A program made the position numbers and the translations under genes. From the NCBI RefSeq assembly GCF_001194135.2, contig NC_068985.1, positions 51,969,178 through 52,033,177 of the forward strand: 64,000 nt of DNA. Reading direction: 5' to 3'. This document shows, piece after piece, positions 51,099 through 63,712 of the stretch. The notes under the pieces are model-generated. The model had not been told where the DNA came from, did no database searches, and was given only the letters and a program-made list of their open reading frames with translations. Numbering within the stretch: the stretch's first letter is position 1; the number at the start of each line of letters is the position of its first letter. This DNA comes from Octopus bimaculoides (Eukaryota).

Positions 51099-51348
51099 AT
51101 GTTGTTGTACTTGGGGTTGGTCATATTGCCAGTTTAGCCAATAAAAACACACGCACTGTATATTTGGTGTTAATTTGCTTCAGCTTTATATTACATTATA
51201 TTACATTAATCCTATTTCGGCCAAAGTTCTTTCGTCACACTTCCGTGACCTCATCAGTGGTCGCTGAAGCAAATTAACACCAAATATACAGTGCGTGTGT
51301 TTTTATTGGCTAAACTGGCAATATGACCATCCCCAAGTACAACAACAT
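51099..51348. repeat. 86-bp inverted repeat (1 mismatch) around a 78-nt spacer
   Basis: 51099-51184 versus 51263-51348 differ at one position. Confidence 0.92.
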
Positions 51349-51386
51349 CTGTTTCAACACACGATTTCACATAAAAAATCTTGCAA

Positions 51387-51424
<38 letters not shown>

Positions 51425-51759
51425 TGAGAGTAAATGACGCGTTCGGTAGAGGGAAGAAATATTCATATTTGTTACATTTGAACTTTTCCAAGGTATATTG
51501 TTATTTTAGATTTGTATTTTTTGTGAGTTAGTGAATTATTTACAAATCTAAATACGTATTTAAATGAACTATTATTGTGTGATATATGCTGATATACAGA
51601 AACAAGAAGATAGTATATCTTTTTAGTTTTAAACTAGTTTATATCATAAATTCGATTGTGAGATATATTTGTCGATTGGATGTGCATATATTGGCAGACA
51701 AGTGTATATTGTTTTGTGAAACGAATGTAGATTCACAACACTACAGTAATTCAAAACTA

Positions 51760-52118
51760 AACAAGAGCACTCAGAGAGCGCAAACTTCCTCCAAGGCAAC
51801 ACCAACGTCCTCTCAACGATTAGCCGAAGATGATTTTTAAAATGGGAATATCTGAAATAAACTTGACTGTTCTCAGAAACGAGAATACTAAAAATGAATC
51901 CAACCGCTCTCAAAAATTAAGTAAAAAACCCGGAAAAATAATTCAGAATCCTTGTCCTGTACAGGATCGACCCCAAAATCTAATCAGTTCGTGTCAGTCA
52001 CGAGTTAAAACATCCCTGAAAGTTTCGTCCGAATCCACCTAGCAGTTCTTGAGATATCTTGTCCATGGACAAACAAACAAACAAACAAACAAACAAACAC
52101 GACTGAAAATAAAACCTA
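51760..52118 (+). mobile_element. Probable non-autonomous Helentron/HINE-like element
   Basis: Starts acaagagcactcagagagcgcaaac.. and has an (ACAA)n microsatellite near the 3' end followed by cgactgaaaataaaacct, an architecture I associate with DINE-1/HINE elements. Single copy here and the 3' hairpin is missing. Confidence 0.4.
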
Positions 52119-52839
52119 GAAAGAAAAGAAAGAAGGATAAAAGTTTACTCTTTTACTCTTTTACTTGTTTCAGTCATTTGACTGCGGCCATGCTGTCACA
52201 CACACACACACAAACATACACATACATACACACACAAACACACACATATATGATACTAAATGCATATATATATATATATATATATANNNNNNNNNNNNNN
52301 NNNNNNNNNNNNNNNNNNNNNNNNNNNNNNNNNNNNNNNNNNNNNNNNNNNNNNNNNNNNNNNNNNNNNNNNNNNNNNNNNNNNNNNNNNNNNNNNNNNN
52401 NNNNNNNNNNNNNNNNNNNNNNNNNNNNNNNNNNNNNNNNNNNNNNNNNNNNNNNNNNNNNNNNNNNNNNNNNNNNNNNNNNNNNNNNNNNNNNNNNNNN
52501 NNNNNNNNNNNNNNNNNNNNNNNNNNNNNNNNNNNNNNNNNNNNNNNNNNNNNNNNNNNNNNNNNNNNNNNNNNNNNNNNNNNNNNNNNNNNNNNNNNNN
52601 NNNNNNNNNNNNNNNNNNNNNNNNNNNNNNNNNNNNNNNNNNNNNNGAATCAATAAAAATAAGATAATTCCATATATATATATATATATCATATATAATA
52701 TATATAATATATAACATATTTATGTATATTTACCATATAATATATAGTATATATAATACAATATGTATGTATATATATATGTATATATACACACACACAC
52801 GCATACATATATGCAGATACATGCACACACGAACACACA

Positions 52840-52917
<78 letters not shown>

Positions 52918-53014
52918 CATACTTTCATGTACATACACATGATACAAGTATTTGTGTTTGCGTATGGGTGTTTAAGGTTTTCTTTTGAGACATCCTCGTC
53001 CTATGAAATAATGG

Positions 53015-53142
53015 TTTCAAGTATTAACATAGGGCCAGCAATGTTTTGAGAGGATGGGCAAGTCGATTACAACAGGTTCTTATTTTATCGACTTCAAAAG
53101 GATGAAAGGCAAAGTCGACCTCTGCGAAATTTGAATTCATCA
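53015..53142 (-). mobile_element. SINE family C, deleted copy
   Basis: agtcgattac..tattttatcgacttcaaaaggatgaaaggcaaagtcgacctc..aatttgaattca. Confidence 0.7.
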
Positions 53143-54520
53143 CTCAGAATAACAATCTTTCTGTCTTTGTGTCACTCAGACAGGGAAACTGTAAGAAAAA
53201 TCACGGAAGTAGGAGGTGTTACTTGTGTAGAGGTGTAAGGTATTGCTTTTATGAATAATAATGAATACTATATTTCGACGTGTAGATTTTATAAATGTTT
53301 TGTAGTAGTTGAACTACAAAATACAACACTATGGTATGCAATTGTTTTTAGAATGCATTTTTCGATGAAGCATAATAGATGGTGCACTATAAGAAAATCA
53401 ATGATTCCAAAGCCATTTCAAGGCTGTCTATCTTGCGGTAAACGGTGCTGATGATAACCAAGAATTTAGAGATGCAGTATTTACGGCTTCCGTCTTGAAA
53501 TGACTTGGTGTTTTTCAAAACCCGCTGCCTAAAATCAGAAAGTTTCTCCACAATAAATTACCTGGGAATATGGCCTTTATGCAGGCCATATTCACAGCTT
53601 ATATGATCTAAATGTTTGTTTAAATAAAAGACATTTAAGCGTAATATTTTTACGGAACGGTAATTCAAAAAATATATCGAGATAGAACATTGGTAAGGTT
53701 AAATTTAAATGGGAAGTTAAATTCAAAATTCAGGAGTTAAAAAATTGAAAAATTAAGTTTAAAATTTTGATTTAAAAAAGTGAAAAATTAAATTTCAAAT
53801 TTAGAATTTGAAAAGTGAAAAATTAGATTTAAAATTTTAGAAAATTTTTCGAGGGTAATTTATTCGAATGTAATAGTTTGACATAAGTCTCTTAAAATAG
53901 TGATTAATTGAGAATTTCAAAATATAATAGGCAACAAAGGCACTAATCTTTTAACATTTATAAGTTAAATGTAAAACAATAATACAAATTTCGAACTGAA
54001 ATAGGAAATAGTTTCACGTACAAATTCCCTACAACGGAAATACGAGACCTTGTTATGTGTGCACAGCTGAGACCTTTGAAATTTTATATGCCCAGAAATC
54101 ACTGCTAAATAAATATTCGGAAGTCTCTATACGTTGTCATATAACTAAATTTTAAACACTATACACCAATCATACTTCCTAATACATAAGACCTCTCGAT
54201 TTATTTTATGTTTATAATTTATTCTTAATCAATTTTTTTTTCCAGTTTTGTATTCATTATTCATTTATATATTTTCTTTTTCCGTTATTTTTCCTCTGTA
54301 TTTTTAAATTGCAAATAATAACATAAACTTGAACAATAAACGGCACATCTACAAGTTTGAAAAAATTATTCAAACATTTCATTAATTTCCAGAAAATAAC
54401 TTTATTAAAGAAATATTGATATCCACGTTAACTTCGACATTTTGATTTGTGTAACGTAAGAATGATATTCTGTAGTAAATACATTTAGTAAATACATTTA
54501 TTAGTAACTCCAGTGACATT

Positions 54521-54745
54521 AAGGTAGCGAGCTGACAGCGTCATCAGCGCGTTAGAAAAAAAATGCTCTACAACATTTCTTTCGGATTTACTTTCTGAGT
54601 TCAAATTTCGCCGAGGTCGACTTTGCTTTTCATCTTTTCGAAGCCGATAAAATAAGTACCAGTTGAGTACTGAGATCGATGTAGTCGGCTAACCCTTCCC
54701 CTTAAAATTATTGGCTTTGTACCAAAAATGCCAAACATATAATTA
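54521..54745 (+). mobile_element. SINE family C
   Basis: aaggtagcgagctgacag..gagttcaaatttcgccgaggtcgactttgcttttcatcttttcg..aaataagtaccag. Confidence 0.8.
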
Positions 54746-55361
54746 TCACAATGGCAATTGTTCAAAGAGAGAGAGAGCAGAGTGAGAAAGATAGATAGAT
54801 AGCTGAAGAATTCTAAACCAGTATATTACTGGTACTCTATTAATCCCAGAAGTATTAAAAGTAAACTCTACACCAAATAACATTTGAACCCTGTATCTAG
54901 GTAACGAAATGTCTGACTGTTTTCCTCAGCTGATTGCCATAGGGTCACTTGGTAACTCACTCCAACCTCTGACTCATAAATGTGGAGTCTTCTCCCCTAC
55001 CTTTTCCACCGCTACTGTTTGGTTTCTGCTCCGTTTATCTGGCCGGTCTTCTGTCACCTACATTCAGACGTTCTCAGCTCATTTGTCTCTGCACCTATCT
55101 CTCATCATTTATATCAGGATTCTCTGCAGATCCTGCATTAACCCCTATGGCGAGCTCTTTCTTCCCAGATATCAGTCCTCTGGAATTCGGCCAACCCATC
55201 TTTTTCCTGCATCCGTTAACATGCAGCCGTAAAATAGAAACTTTAACCGCGTCGATCTCACCAGCCTCAGAGGGGTTGCGAATATCCTGGGCAAAGCCCT
55301 CTCCTTTACCCCTAGCCGTAAAAAGAAATTGGTAAATGTTTAAAGGGGCTTATTAAATATC

Positions 55362-55585
55362 AGTTTCAAATTTTGGTACAAGGCCAGCAATTTCAGAGGG
55401 GTGGGTGAGTCGACTTCAGCGTTCCCAGTTCTCAGCGAGAACTTTTTATTTTGTTTATCTACCCCGAGAGGGTGAAAGGTAAAGTTGACCTCAGTGGAAT
55501 TTGGACTCAGAACGTAAAGACGGACGAAATACCGCTAAGAATTTTGCTCAGCGTGCTAACGATTCTGCCGGAACTCCGCCTCAAA
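55362..55585 (-). mobile_element. SINE family C
   Basis: Reverse-complement match; tattaaatatca on both flanks. Confidence 0.8.
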
Positions 55586-56200
55586 TGATGCTATTAAATA
55601 TCAAGAAATATATGTTATCTTTGCATTGTTGGGCACTAGAAGCCATGAATTTTGTCTTCAGTTAAAATAATAAAGAATTTAACTTTTTCTGTAATGCTAT
55701 TCCAACCAACCAACCAACCACCCATTAATCACGGCTGATTGCTATAACATTGCTGATATAATCATTATTAATTGCTTTTAAGTTTAATGTTTTATAAACT
55801 ATGTTGTTATAATCACTAATAGTTGTTTTTAAGTTTTATAAATTATGTTATACTGATATTTTTTACATTCGTAAGTTTCTGTTTTAATTTTAAGGTAGTT
55901 AGATTTTGCAGATTGTTAGAGTCGCCTGGTTCTCGTAGATTTGGTTTAGTTGAATGAGTAACAGCGATATTAATACTGTTTGATACACTATAGTAGCATA
56001 AGTTTTTAAACATATCTTTTGTTTATTTACTTGGTGTGTCTGGAGGAAGATGTAGTGCACATGATCCATGGAGGCCCTCCGAGACTTAAGCTTGATGCCG
56101 TTAATGTTCTGCTTAAACTGTTACCGATCGGCACCTGCAGGAATAAAACATGAAAAAGGAGGGAAGCCTAGAGGACCACTGTTTGTGAGGAAGTCCGTCG

Positions 56201-56272
<72 letters not shown>

Positions 56273-57569
56273 CATGCATGCGCGTTTTTGTGTTTGCGTC
56301 TATCTCCTCACAATCGTTTGAAAAACCGGTGCTGGTTTGTTTGCATCCCCGAAACTTAGTGGTTCGGTAANNNNNNNNNNNNNNNNNNNNNNNNNNNNNN
56401 NNNNNNNNNNNNNNNNNNNNNNNNNNNNNNNNNNNNNNNNNNNNNNNNNNNNNNNNNNNNNNNNNNNNNNNNNNNNNNNNNNNNNNNNNNNNNNNNNNNN
56501 NNNNNNNNNNNNNNNNNNNNNNNNNNNNNNNNNNNNNNNNNNNNNNNNNNNNNNNNNNNNNNNNNNNNNNNNNNNNNNNNNNNNNNNNNNNNNNNNNNNN
56601 NNNNNNNNNNNNNNNNNNNNNNNNNNNNNNNNNNNNNNNNNNNNNNNNNNNNNNNNNNNNNNNNNNNNNNNNNNNNNNNNNNNNNNNNNNNNNNNNNNCG
56701 GTAAAAATGCCGCTAATCATTTGCCCACCTTAAATTGTTTCTTATTTATGCACGGGCCCAGAAAAATTGAAGGAAGGGCGAAGTTGATTCCATTGACCCC
56801 AGTACTTGACAAGCGCTTTACTTTATCGACTCCGAAAAGATAAAATATAAAGTTGAGATCGGCAGAACTTGAAGTCAGATGTAAAGAGCCGGAACAAATA
56901 TCACAATGAATTTATTTATTTATCTATTTTCTTTTTTTTTTTTGGCAACGCTCTAACGATTCTGCCAGGCCCTCACCCTCCTGAAAACTAGTTATAGAAG
57001 CTGAAATAATTGAGTAGCATAAGTTCTCGGACTGAAGTTGTCATTGTTGTTTAGCCCAACGTCTGTCATAAGGGAAACAGGGCCATCCAACGGGGTGCGG
57101 CCGGAGGCTGTGAGAATGTGTATGTGTGTGAGAGGAGCGGTGGATAATTTGCCATATCTAAGTATATTAAAATGGTTTCCAGCTTTTTAAACTTGTCGAA
57201 TTTCTTGGTGAAGAAAGAAAGAATTATTTTGGTGCCAAAAATAAAGTGGGTGGGGCAAAATTTTTCAGTAATACTTGTGGAACATAAGTAGGGGAGGGAG
57301 AGCTGGAATTTGTGGGTTTCAGAACCATTGACTTAGTTACAGGTTAATCTCAAACTTAACAAACACAGACCTATGACCTGATTCCAGCTATGGCCATCTT
57401 GTATTTATGACGGCAAATAGGACTACATGATCTAATGTGTCTTGTTTTTATATAAGACTGTAACATGTAATACGAGGGAGAATTGGCTGCGATCTCCAGA
57501 AAACAAACGAGCATGTAGAGACTCCTTCGTTGACTAGTAATGACCGAAAAATATTTCTTTCTACAGTAG

Positions 57570-58229
57570 GTACAAAGCCTGAAATTTAAAAGAGGAGTCC
57601 AGTCGATTATATCGATGCCAGGGTTCAACTGGTATCTATTTTATTGACCCCAGAAGGGATGAAATGCAAATTTAACGACAGTGGTATTTGAATTCAGAAC
57701 GTAAAGAACCAGAAGAAATGCCGCTAAGTATTGTGTCCGACGTGATAACGTTTCTGCCAGTTCATGAACTCGAAATCCTGAAATAGCAGGGAACAAATTC
57801 TTATGTAGACATAATGCCTTAAATATGGTGGATGGGTTAGTCGATTACATCGACCCATATGTTCAAATAGTGGTTTATTTTATGGACCCTGAAAGGATGA
57901 AAGGTAAAGTAGACCACAGTGAAATCTGAACTCAGAACCTAAAGAATCAGAAGAAAAACCATTAAGAACTCTGTCCGGTGTGTTAACAATTCAACCAGCT
58001 CATCGCCTTTACAGACCTAAAAATATTGATTTCGAATTTCTGGCACAAGACCAGCAATTTCAGTAAATGAGGCAAATCGATTACAATGACTCCAGTGATG
58101 AACTGGTTCCTATTCTATCGACCCTGAAAGAATGAAAGGCAGAATTTGAACTCAGAACGTTAAGACGAACGAAATGCCGCTAAGCATTTTACCCGCCGTG
58201 CTAACGATCCTGCCAGCTCGCCGCCTTTG
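57570..58229 (-). mobile_element. Three tandem SINE C copies (~57570-57765, 57820-58010, 58030-58229)
   Basis: Each has the C central motif; cagacctaaaaatatt is duplicated at 58012-58027 and 58230-58245. Confidence 0.82.
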
Positions 58230-58702
58230 CAGACCTAAAAATATTAAAACATGCTATACATACGACCAATACAAACCATTTATAAATGTCACATGAAAGC
58301 GGGATGAAGGAAAAGATAGTATTTACTCACCCCTAGGGTGTTTAATGGAATGCTGAGCGTAAACAGACGAATTTTAGTTAGAGCCAAAGCCCTACCCACT
58401 CGGCCCAACCCTACACACAGACAAAAACATCAGCAGTGAAGCAGGACTAGAGGCACCTATTGTCTGCATGTCATTGTCTCGAGAGCTTGTTGCGTCATTC
58501 GTTTATACACTCACAGACACTTACTCCATATTATATACATCCTCCCACACAAACATCCGTGTAAAGTTTTCATTCTTCTTTTCTTTGTGCTTTTTAAAGT
58601 AAATACGCACGCACCCAGATATACGTACATACACACATATATATGTATGTATATGTACACATACGCGCACAAACACGTGTACACACATGCATGTATAAAG
58701 GT

Positions 58703-58749
<47 letters not shown>

Positions 58750-58759
58750 NNNNNNNNNN

Positions 58760-58794
<35 letters not shown>

Positions 58795-58856
58795 ACACTA
58801 TATACACACATTCATATATATATATATGAATATATATACATACACATGTACATGTA

Positions 58857-58902
<46 letters not shown>

Positions 58903-59307
58903 TACATGTACATGTGTATATATATATATATTCATATATATATATATATGAATGTGTGTATATAGTGTATACATATATACATGTATATCTATATCTATAT
59001 ATTCATATATATTCATATATATGTATGTGTATATATATNNNNNNNNNNNNNNNNNNNNNNNNNNNNNNNNNNNNNNNNNNNNNNNNNNNNNNNNNNNNNN
59101 NNNNNNNNNNNNNNNNNNNNNNNNNNNNNNNNNNNNNNNNNNNNNNNNNNNNNNNNNNNNNNNNNNNNNNNNNNNNNNNNNNNNNNNNNNNNNNNNNACA
59201 GATTCATATATATACACACAAGTGTGAGTGCGTACATATGTATTCATTATGTATACACACACATATATACCTGTGAATATATATATATATATATATGAGT
59301 GTATGAA

Positions 59308-59371
<64 letters not shown>

Positions 59372-59576
59372 TGAGTGTGTGTGTATGTAATTCACAAGGA
59401 AATACAATGTAACATATGTCTAGCTTTATGTTCCCTACCTTCTAAAATTATTTTTCTATTTTGAAAATGTATTGATACCCAGCTGTGTACTTACTTATAC
59501 TCATATACACACATACACACATACATACATACATACTAACATACATACGTACGCACAGATATAAATATATGCATAA

Positions 59577-59667
<91 letters not shown>

Positions 59668-59707
59668 TACACACACACACATATATATATATATATACAT
59701 ATATACA

Positions 59708-59743
<36 letters not shown>

Positions 59744-59751
59744 TATGTATA

Positions 59752-60265
59752 TACACAGTGTGTTCACAAAGTCTCTCCGCTGTAAGTATTTTATTGCAAA
59801 CTAAATATTTATAAGATGGTATAGGACTACAAAAGAATATGTTAGACTTTACAAGAATTTTAAAAAACTTTATAAGAGGTGTTGAATATGTCGTCCTTCG
59901 TTTTCAATACATGAATTGACTCTTATACACGTTTTGAAATGCATCTTGGAAAGCCTGACGCTGTATGGACCCTGTGAAGGTTATGATTGCGTCTTTTAGC
60001 TCATTAATAGTTTTCGGCCGATTCTTGGATACTGATCCTTCATTTGCTCTCCCGGAAAAGAAAAAAACTCTGGCGGTGTTAAATCAGGTGTTCTTGGTGG
60101 CCAAAGTCACTTTGAAATAATCCGTTCACCGAAAAACTCTTGAAGTAGCGGCATGGTGATGTGCGAAGTATGTGCTGTAGCTCCAACTTGCTGAAAGTAT
60201 GCATTATTAATTTCACTATCAGTGAGTTGGCCTACAAATGGATAGACAATATTTGAGCAATATCT
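59752..60265 (-). mobile_element. 3' part of a rosa/DD41D-like Tc1-mariner superfamily element
   Basis: TIR-like TA|cacagtgtgttcacaaagtctc at about 59752; minus translation YFQQVGATAHT..EFFGERIISK*LWPPRTPDLTPPEFF..CIENEGRHIQH. Confidence 0.7.
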
Positions 60266-60269
60266 CAAT

Positions 60270-60736
60270 TCAGACAATTAATCTTCTCAATTAACCCAAT
60301 TAAAGGAGGCAATTGATGAAAAACGTCCAGAATTGGCCAACCGAAAGGTTGTCATATTACATCAGGACAACGCAAGACCGCAACTTTCTTTGCAAACCAG
60401 GTAAAAATTGGTGGAGCTTGGATGGGATGTCCTAATTCACTCACCGTGCTCACCTGACCTTGCATCTTCGGATTATCATTTATTCCGATCCCTACAAAAT
60501 GCTCTTAACGAGAAGAACTTCAATTCCTTAAAAGAGTGTAAAAACTACTTAGACCAGTTTATGACTCAGCAAGATGCCAAGTTCTGGGAGGATGGGATCA
60601 CGAAGCTGCCTCAAATGTAGCGAAAGGTAGTGGAACAAAATGGGAAGTATGTGGTTCGGTAAAAGTATGTACAACTGCCTAAATATTGTTAATGAATTTT
60701 ACTTAAAAAATGCTACAAACTTTTTTACCAACCCTA
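60270..60736 (+). mobile_element. 3' part of a DD34D mariner with right TIR
   Basis: LKEAIDEKRPELANRK..LHQDNARP..CSPDLASSDYHLFRSLQN..FWEDGITKLP; ends aaatgctacaaacttttttaccaaccc|ta. Confidence 0.85.
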
Positions 60737-61683
60737 TGTATGTATGTATGTATGTATGTATGTATGTATGTATGTATGTATACAAATGTATGTGAAGATT
60801 TACAGGATTCTAGATGTATGTTTTCCTGGTTTGAATAATTGCATATCTCTCCAATTGAGAAATAGTCGATTTCTAGTCTAAAAGCATGACGCTTTCACTG
60901 GAACTTAAACAGCCCTGCACGCATCCATATANNNNNNNNNNNNNNNNNNNNNNNNNNNNNNNNNNNNNATATATATATATATATAGAGTACGAGAATTTT
61001 AATGGAGATAAAGCTCCAGTATATAGTACAACGGTTTTTTCACTCGTATATGAGCTAAAGATTAATAAAATTTGGTATAAGATAAAAATTTCAGATATTT
61101 GTCTTAAACTTTCAGATAGGCAAATTCATAATTCAGATGGATGCTATGAGATATTATTCCATTCAAATAACCACATATTTATATTAAGACATAATGATGA
61201 AAATATAGAAATATAAGAATATAAATATAAAAAATACGGCCGGCCTTCCACATTGGTCGCGGCGCAAATATTAGACTGAGACCGACGCGTAGATTCTCAA
61301 GATTGGTATCGAGGAAGTTAGTCATGTAACCAATTCTTTTGATAATTATTAGTTGAAATCTGAATCAATAATTCGGATGTTGTACTTTAGATTTCTCATT
61401 AGTTTGAGCATAGGTATTTTCTGTCTACAAATATTTCCCATGTTGGTATCTGCTGTTCACATATTTCAAATAATGTATGTATGTATGTATGTATGTATGT
61501 ATGTATGTATGTATGTATGTATGTATGTGTGTTTGTATTCATGCATTTATGTATCTATAAATATATGTATGTTTGTATGTATGTATGCATGCACGTATAT
61601 ATAAATATAAATAGATATATAGATATAGATATATAAATATATAGGTATATACATATATGCATAAACATAGACACACACGAATA

Positions 61684-61730
<47 letters not shown>

Positions 61731-61781
61731 ACATACACACGCACGCACACACACATACATATAGGAACATATATATATATA

Positions 61782-62582
61782 TAAATGATTTTGAAGGCTG
61801 AAGAATAAATGATAACCAGATGGGGCAATGTCCGGCGAATATGGCAGGTGGGGTATCATTTCCCATTCAAACTACTCCAGTCTTTGGAATGTCATCCTCA
61901 CTGTATGTGGCCGATGGTCGTTTTCCTTCTAGCGCGAACTCAAGCCGCAGTAGATCTTTGTTATCATTTGATTTCGGTTTAAAAGTTCAAAGTGGACTAG
62001 ACCTTTCATATCTCACCAAACAGATAGCAGCACCTTATGTGGGTGAAGATCTTCTTTAGCTTGGGGTGCCGGTGCTTCTCTCTTCCCTACCCATTGTCTT
62101 CGGCGCTTGACATTTTTATAGAGAACCCATTTCTCATTACCAGCCACTATTCGGTTCAAAACATGGTTCATTCGTGAGACGTGATAACAAAGAAGAGCAC
62201 ACATTCACTCTCTACGCGGATTAGACTCGGAGAGGACGAGGCTCGTCTTCTAGGCTGTAGTTTCTGGCTCGGAATTTCTGGAACTGCCATTGACACTGGC
62301 ATACGCTTATTGTCCTATCCCCATTTACTGCATTAATATTCCTTGCATTTTCCGTTGCTTTATTGCCTTTATTGAACTCATAAAGCAAAATATATCGAAT
62401 ATGCTCCTTTATCACTTCCATTATAGCTTTGAAAAACTAACTGCACTCTTCAAAACTTACATTATGAATAAATACAAGGTACAATTACTATCTGCTTTTA
62501 TAGCAAGTTGATGCAGGTAGTCCCATTCCGTCTTTTAGTTTTTGCAATTGAAAAAACCGCATTATTTATGGGATGAACCAAT
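61782..62582 (-). mobile_element. Mariner, same subfamily as 14850-15860, multiply deleted and 3'-truncated
   Basis: TIR tattggttcatcccataaataatgcgg (reverse complement) at about 62555-62582; MEVIKEHIRYILLYEF..; at least three internal deletions; ends after YSPDIAPSGYHLFFSLQNH. Confidence 0.9.
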
Positions 62583-62594
62583 ATATGTATAGAC

Positions 62595-62752
62595 GCAGGC
62601 GCGGTTGCTGGGTACGAAGCTTGCTGCCCAACGATATGGTTCTGTGTTCAAACCCATTGCACGGCATCTTGGTCAGATGTCTTCTACTGTAGCTTCGGAC
62701 TGACCAAAGATTTGTGAGTGTATTTGGTAGATGGGAACTGAAAGAAGCCCAT

Positions 62753-62807
<55 letters not shown>

Positions 62808-62886
62808 TTATGTTTGTGTGTCTTTGTGTCTGAGTTTGTCCCCCAACAATCGCTTGACAACCGATGTTGGTTTGTTTACGTCCTCG
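62595..62886 (+). mobile_element. SINE family A (head and start of tail)
   Basis: gcaggcgcggttgctgggtacgaagcttgc..gtgttcaaaccc..tttgtgagtgtatttggtagatgggaactgaaagaagccc..cgcttgacaaccgatg. Confidence 0.75.
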
Positions 62887-63333
62887 NNNNNNNNNNNNNN
62901 NNNNNNNNNNNNNNNNNNNNNNNNNNNNNNNNNNNNNNNNNNNNNNNNNNNNNNNNNNNNNNNNNNNNNNNNNNNNNNNNNNNNNNNNNNNNNNNNNNNN
63001 NNNNNNNNNNNNNNNNNNNNNNNNNNNNNNNNNNNNNNNNNNNNNNNNNNNNNNNNNNNNNNNNNNNNNNNNNNNNNNNNNNNNNNNNNNNNNNNNNNNN
63101 NNNNNNNNNNNNNNNNNNNNNNNNNNNNNNNNNNNNNNNNNNNNNNNNNNNNNNNNNNNNNNNNNNNNNNNNNNNNNNNNNNNNNNNNNNNNNNNNNNNN
63201 NNNNNNNNNNNNNNNNNNNNNNNNNNNNNNNNNNNNNNNNNNNNNNNNNNNNNNNNNNNNNNNNNNNNNNNNNNNNNNNNNNNNNNNNNNNNNNNNNNNN
63301 NNNNNNNNNNNNNNNNNNNNNNNNNNNNNNNNN

Positions 63334-63364
<31 letters not shown>

Positions 63365-63593
63365 TAAAATCGGTCAGTTGTAAGCCCGAAAAAGAGAACA
63401 GACGAAAAAGACTTTTTGAGTAGTCATGTTGAATGTTCCAGAAGTGAAGCGTTCAGTCAGTACCATTGTGAGAGAAAATTCGTATTGAGAAATAATACAG
63501 TAAATATTTCGTAAAAGACCCGTTCGTAACCTCGGTGTGAAATGATTTTTTTCCAAAGGATTTTTTCGAGTGTGTTCAAAGTATCTCACCTTC

Positions 63594-63712
63594 AAAGATT
63601 AGGCTGCTATTTCTAGCACGTCCTGCTACCACGTAACAGCTCTTCGCAATAAAAGAGCCGAAATAGCTGTTACGCGGTAGAAGGGTGTGCAAGAAATAGC
63701 AGCCAAATCTTT
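63594..63712. mobile_element. Palindromic MITE-like element with ~48-bp imperfect arms
   Basis: aaagattaggctgctatttctagcac..gtaacagct versus agctgttac..gtgcaagaaatagcagccaaatcttt; related gctgctatt/aatagcagcc fragments occur near 3950, 12380 and 57480. Confidence 0.65.
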
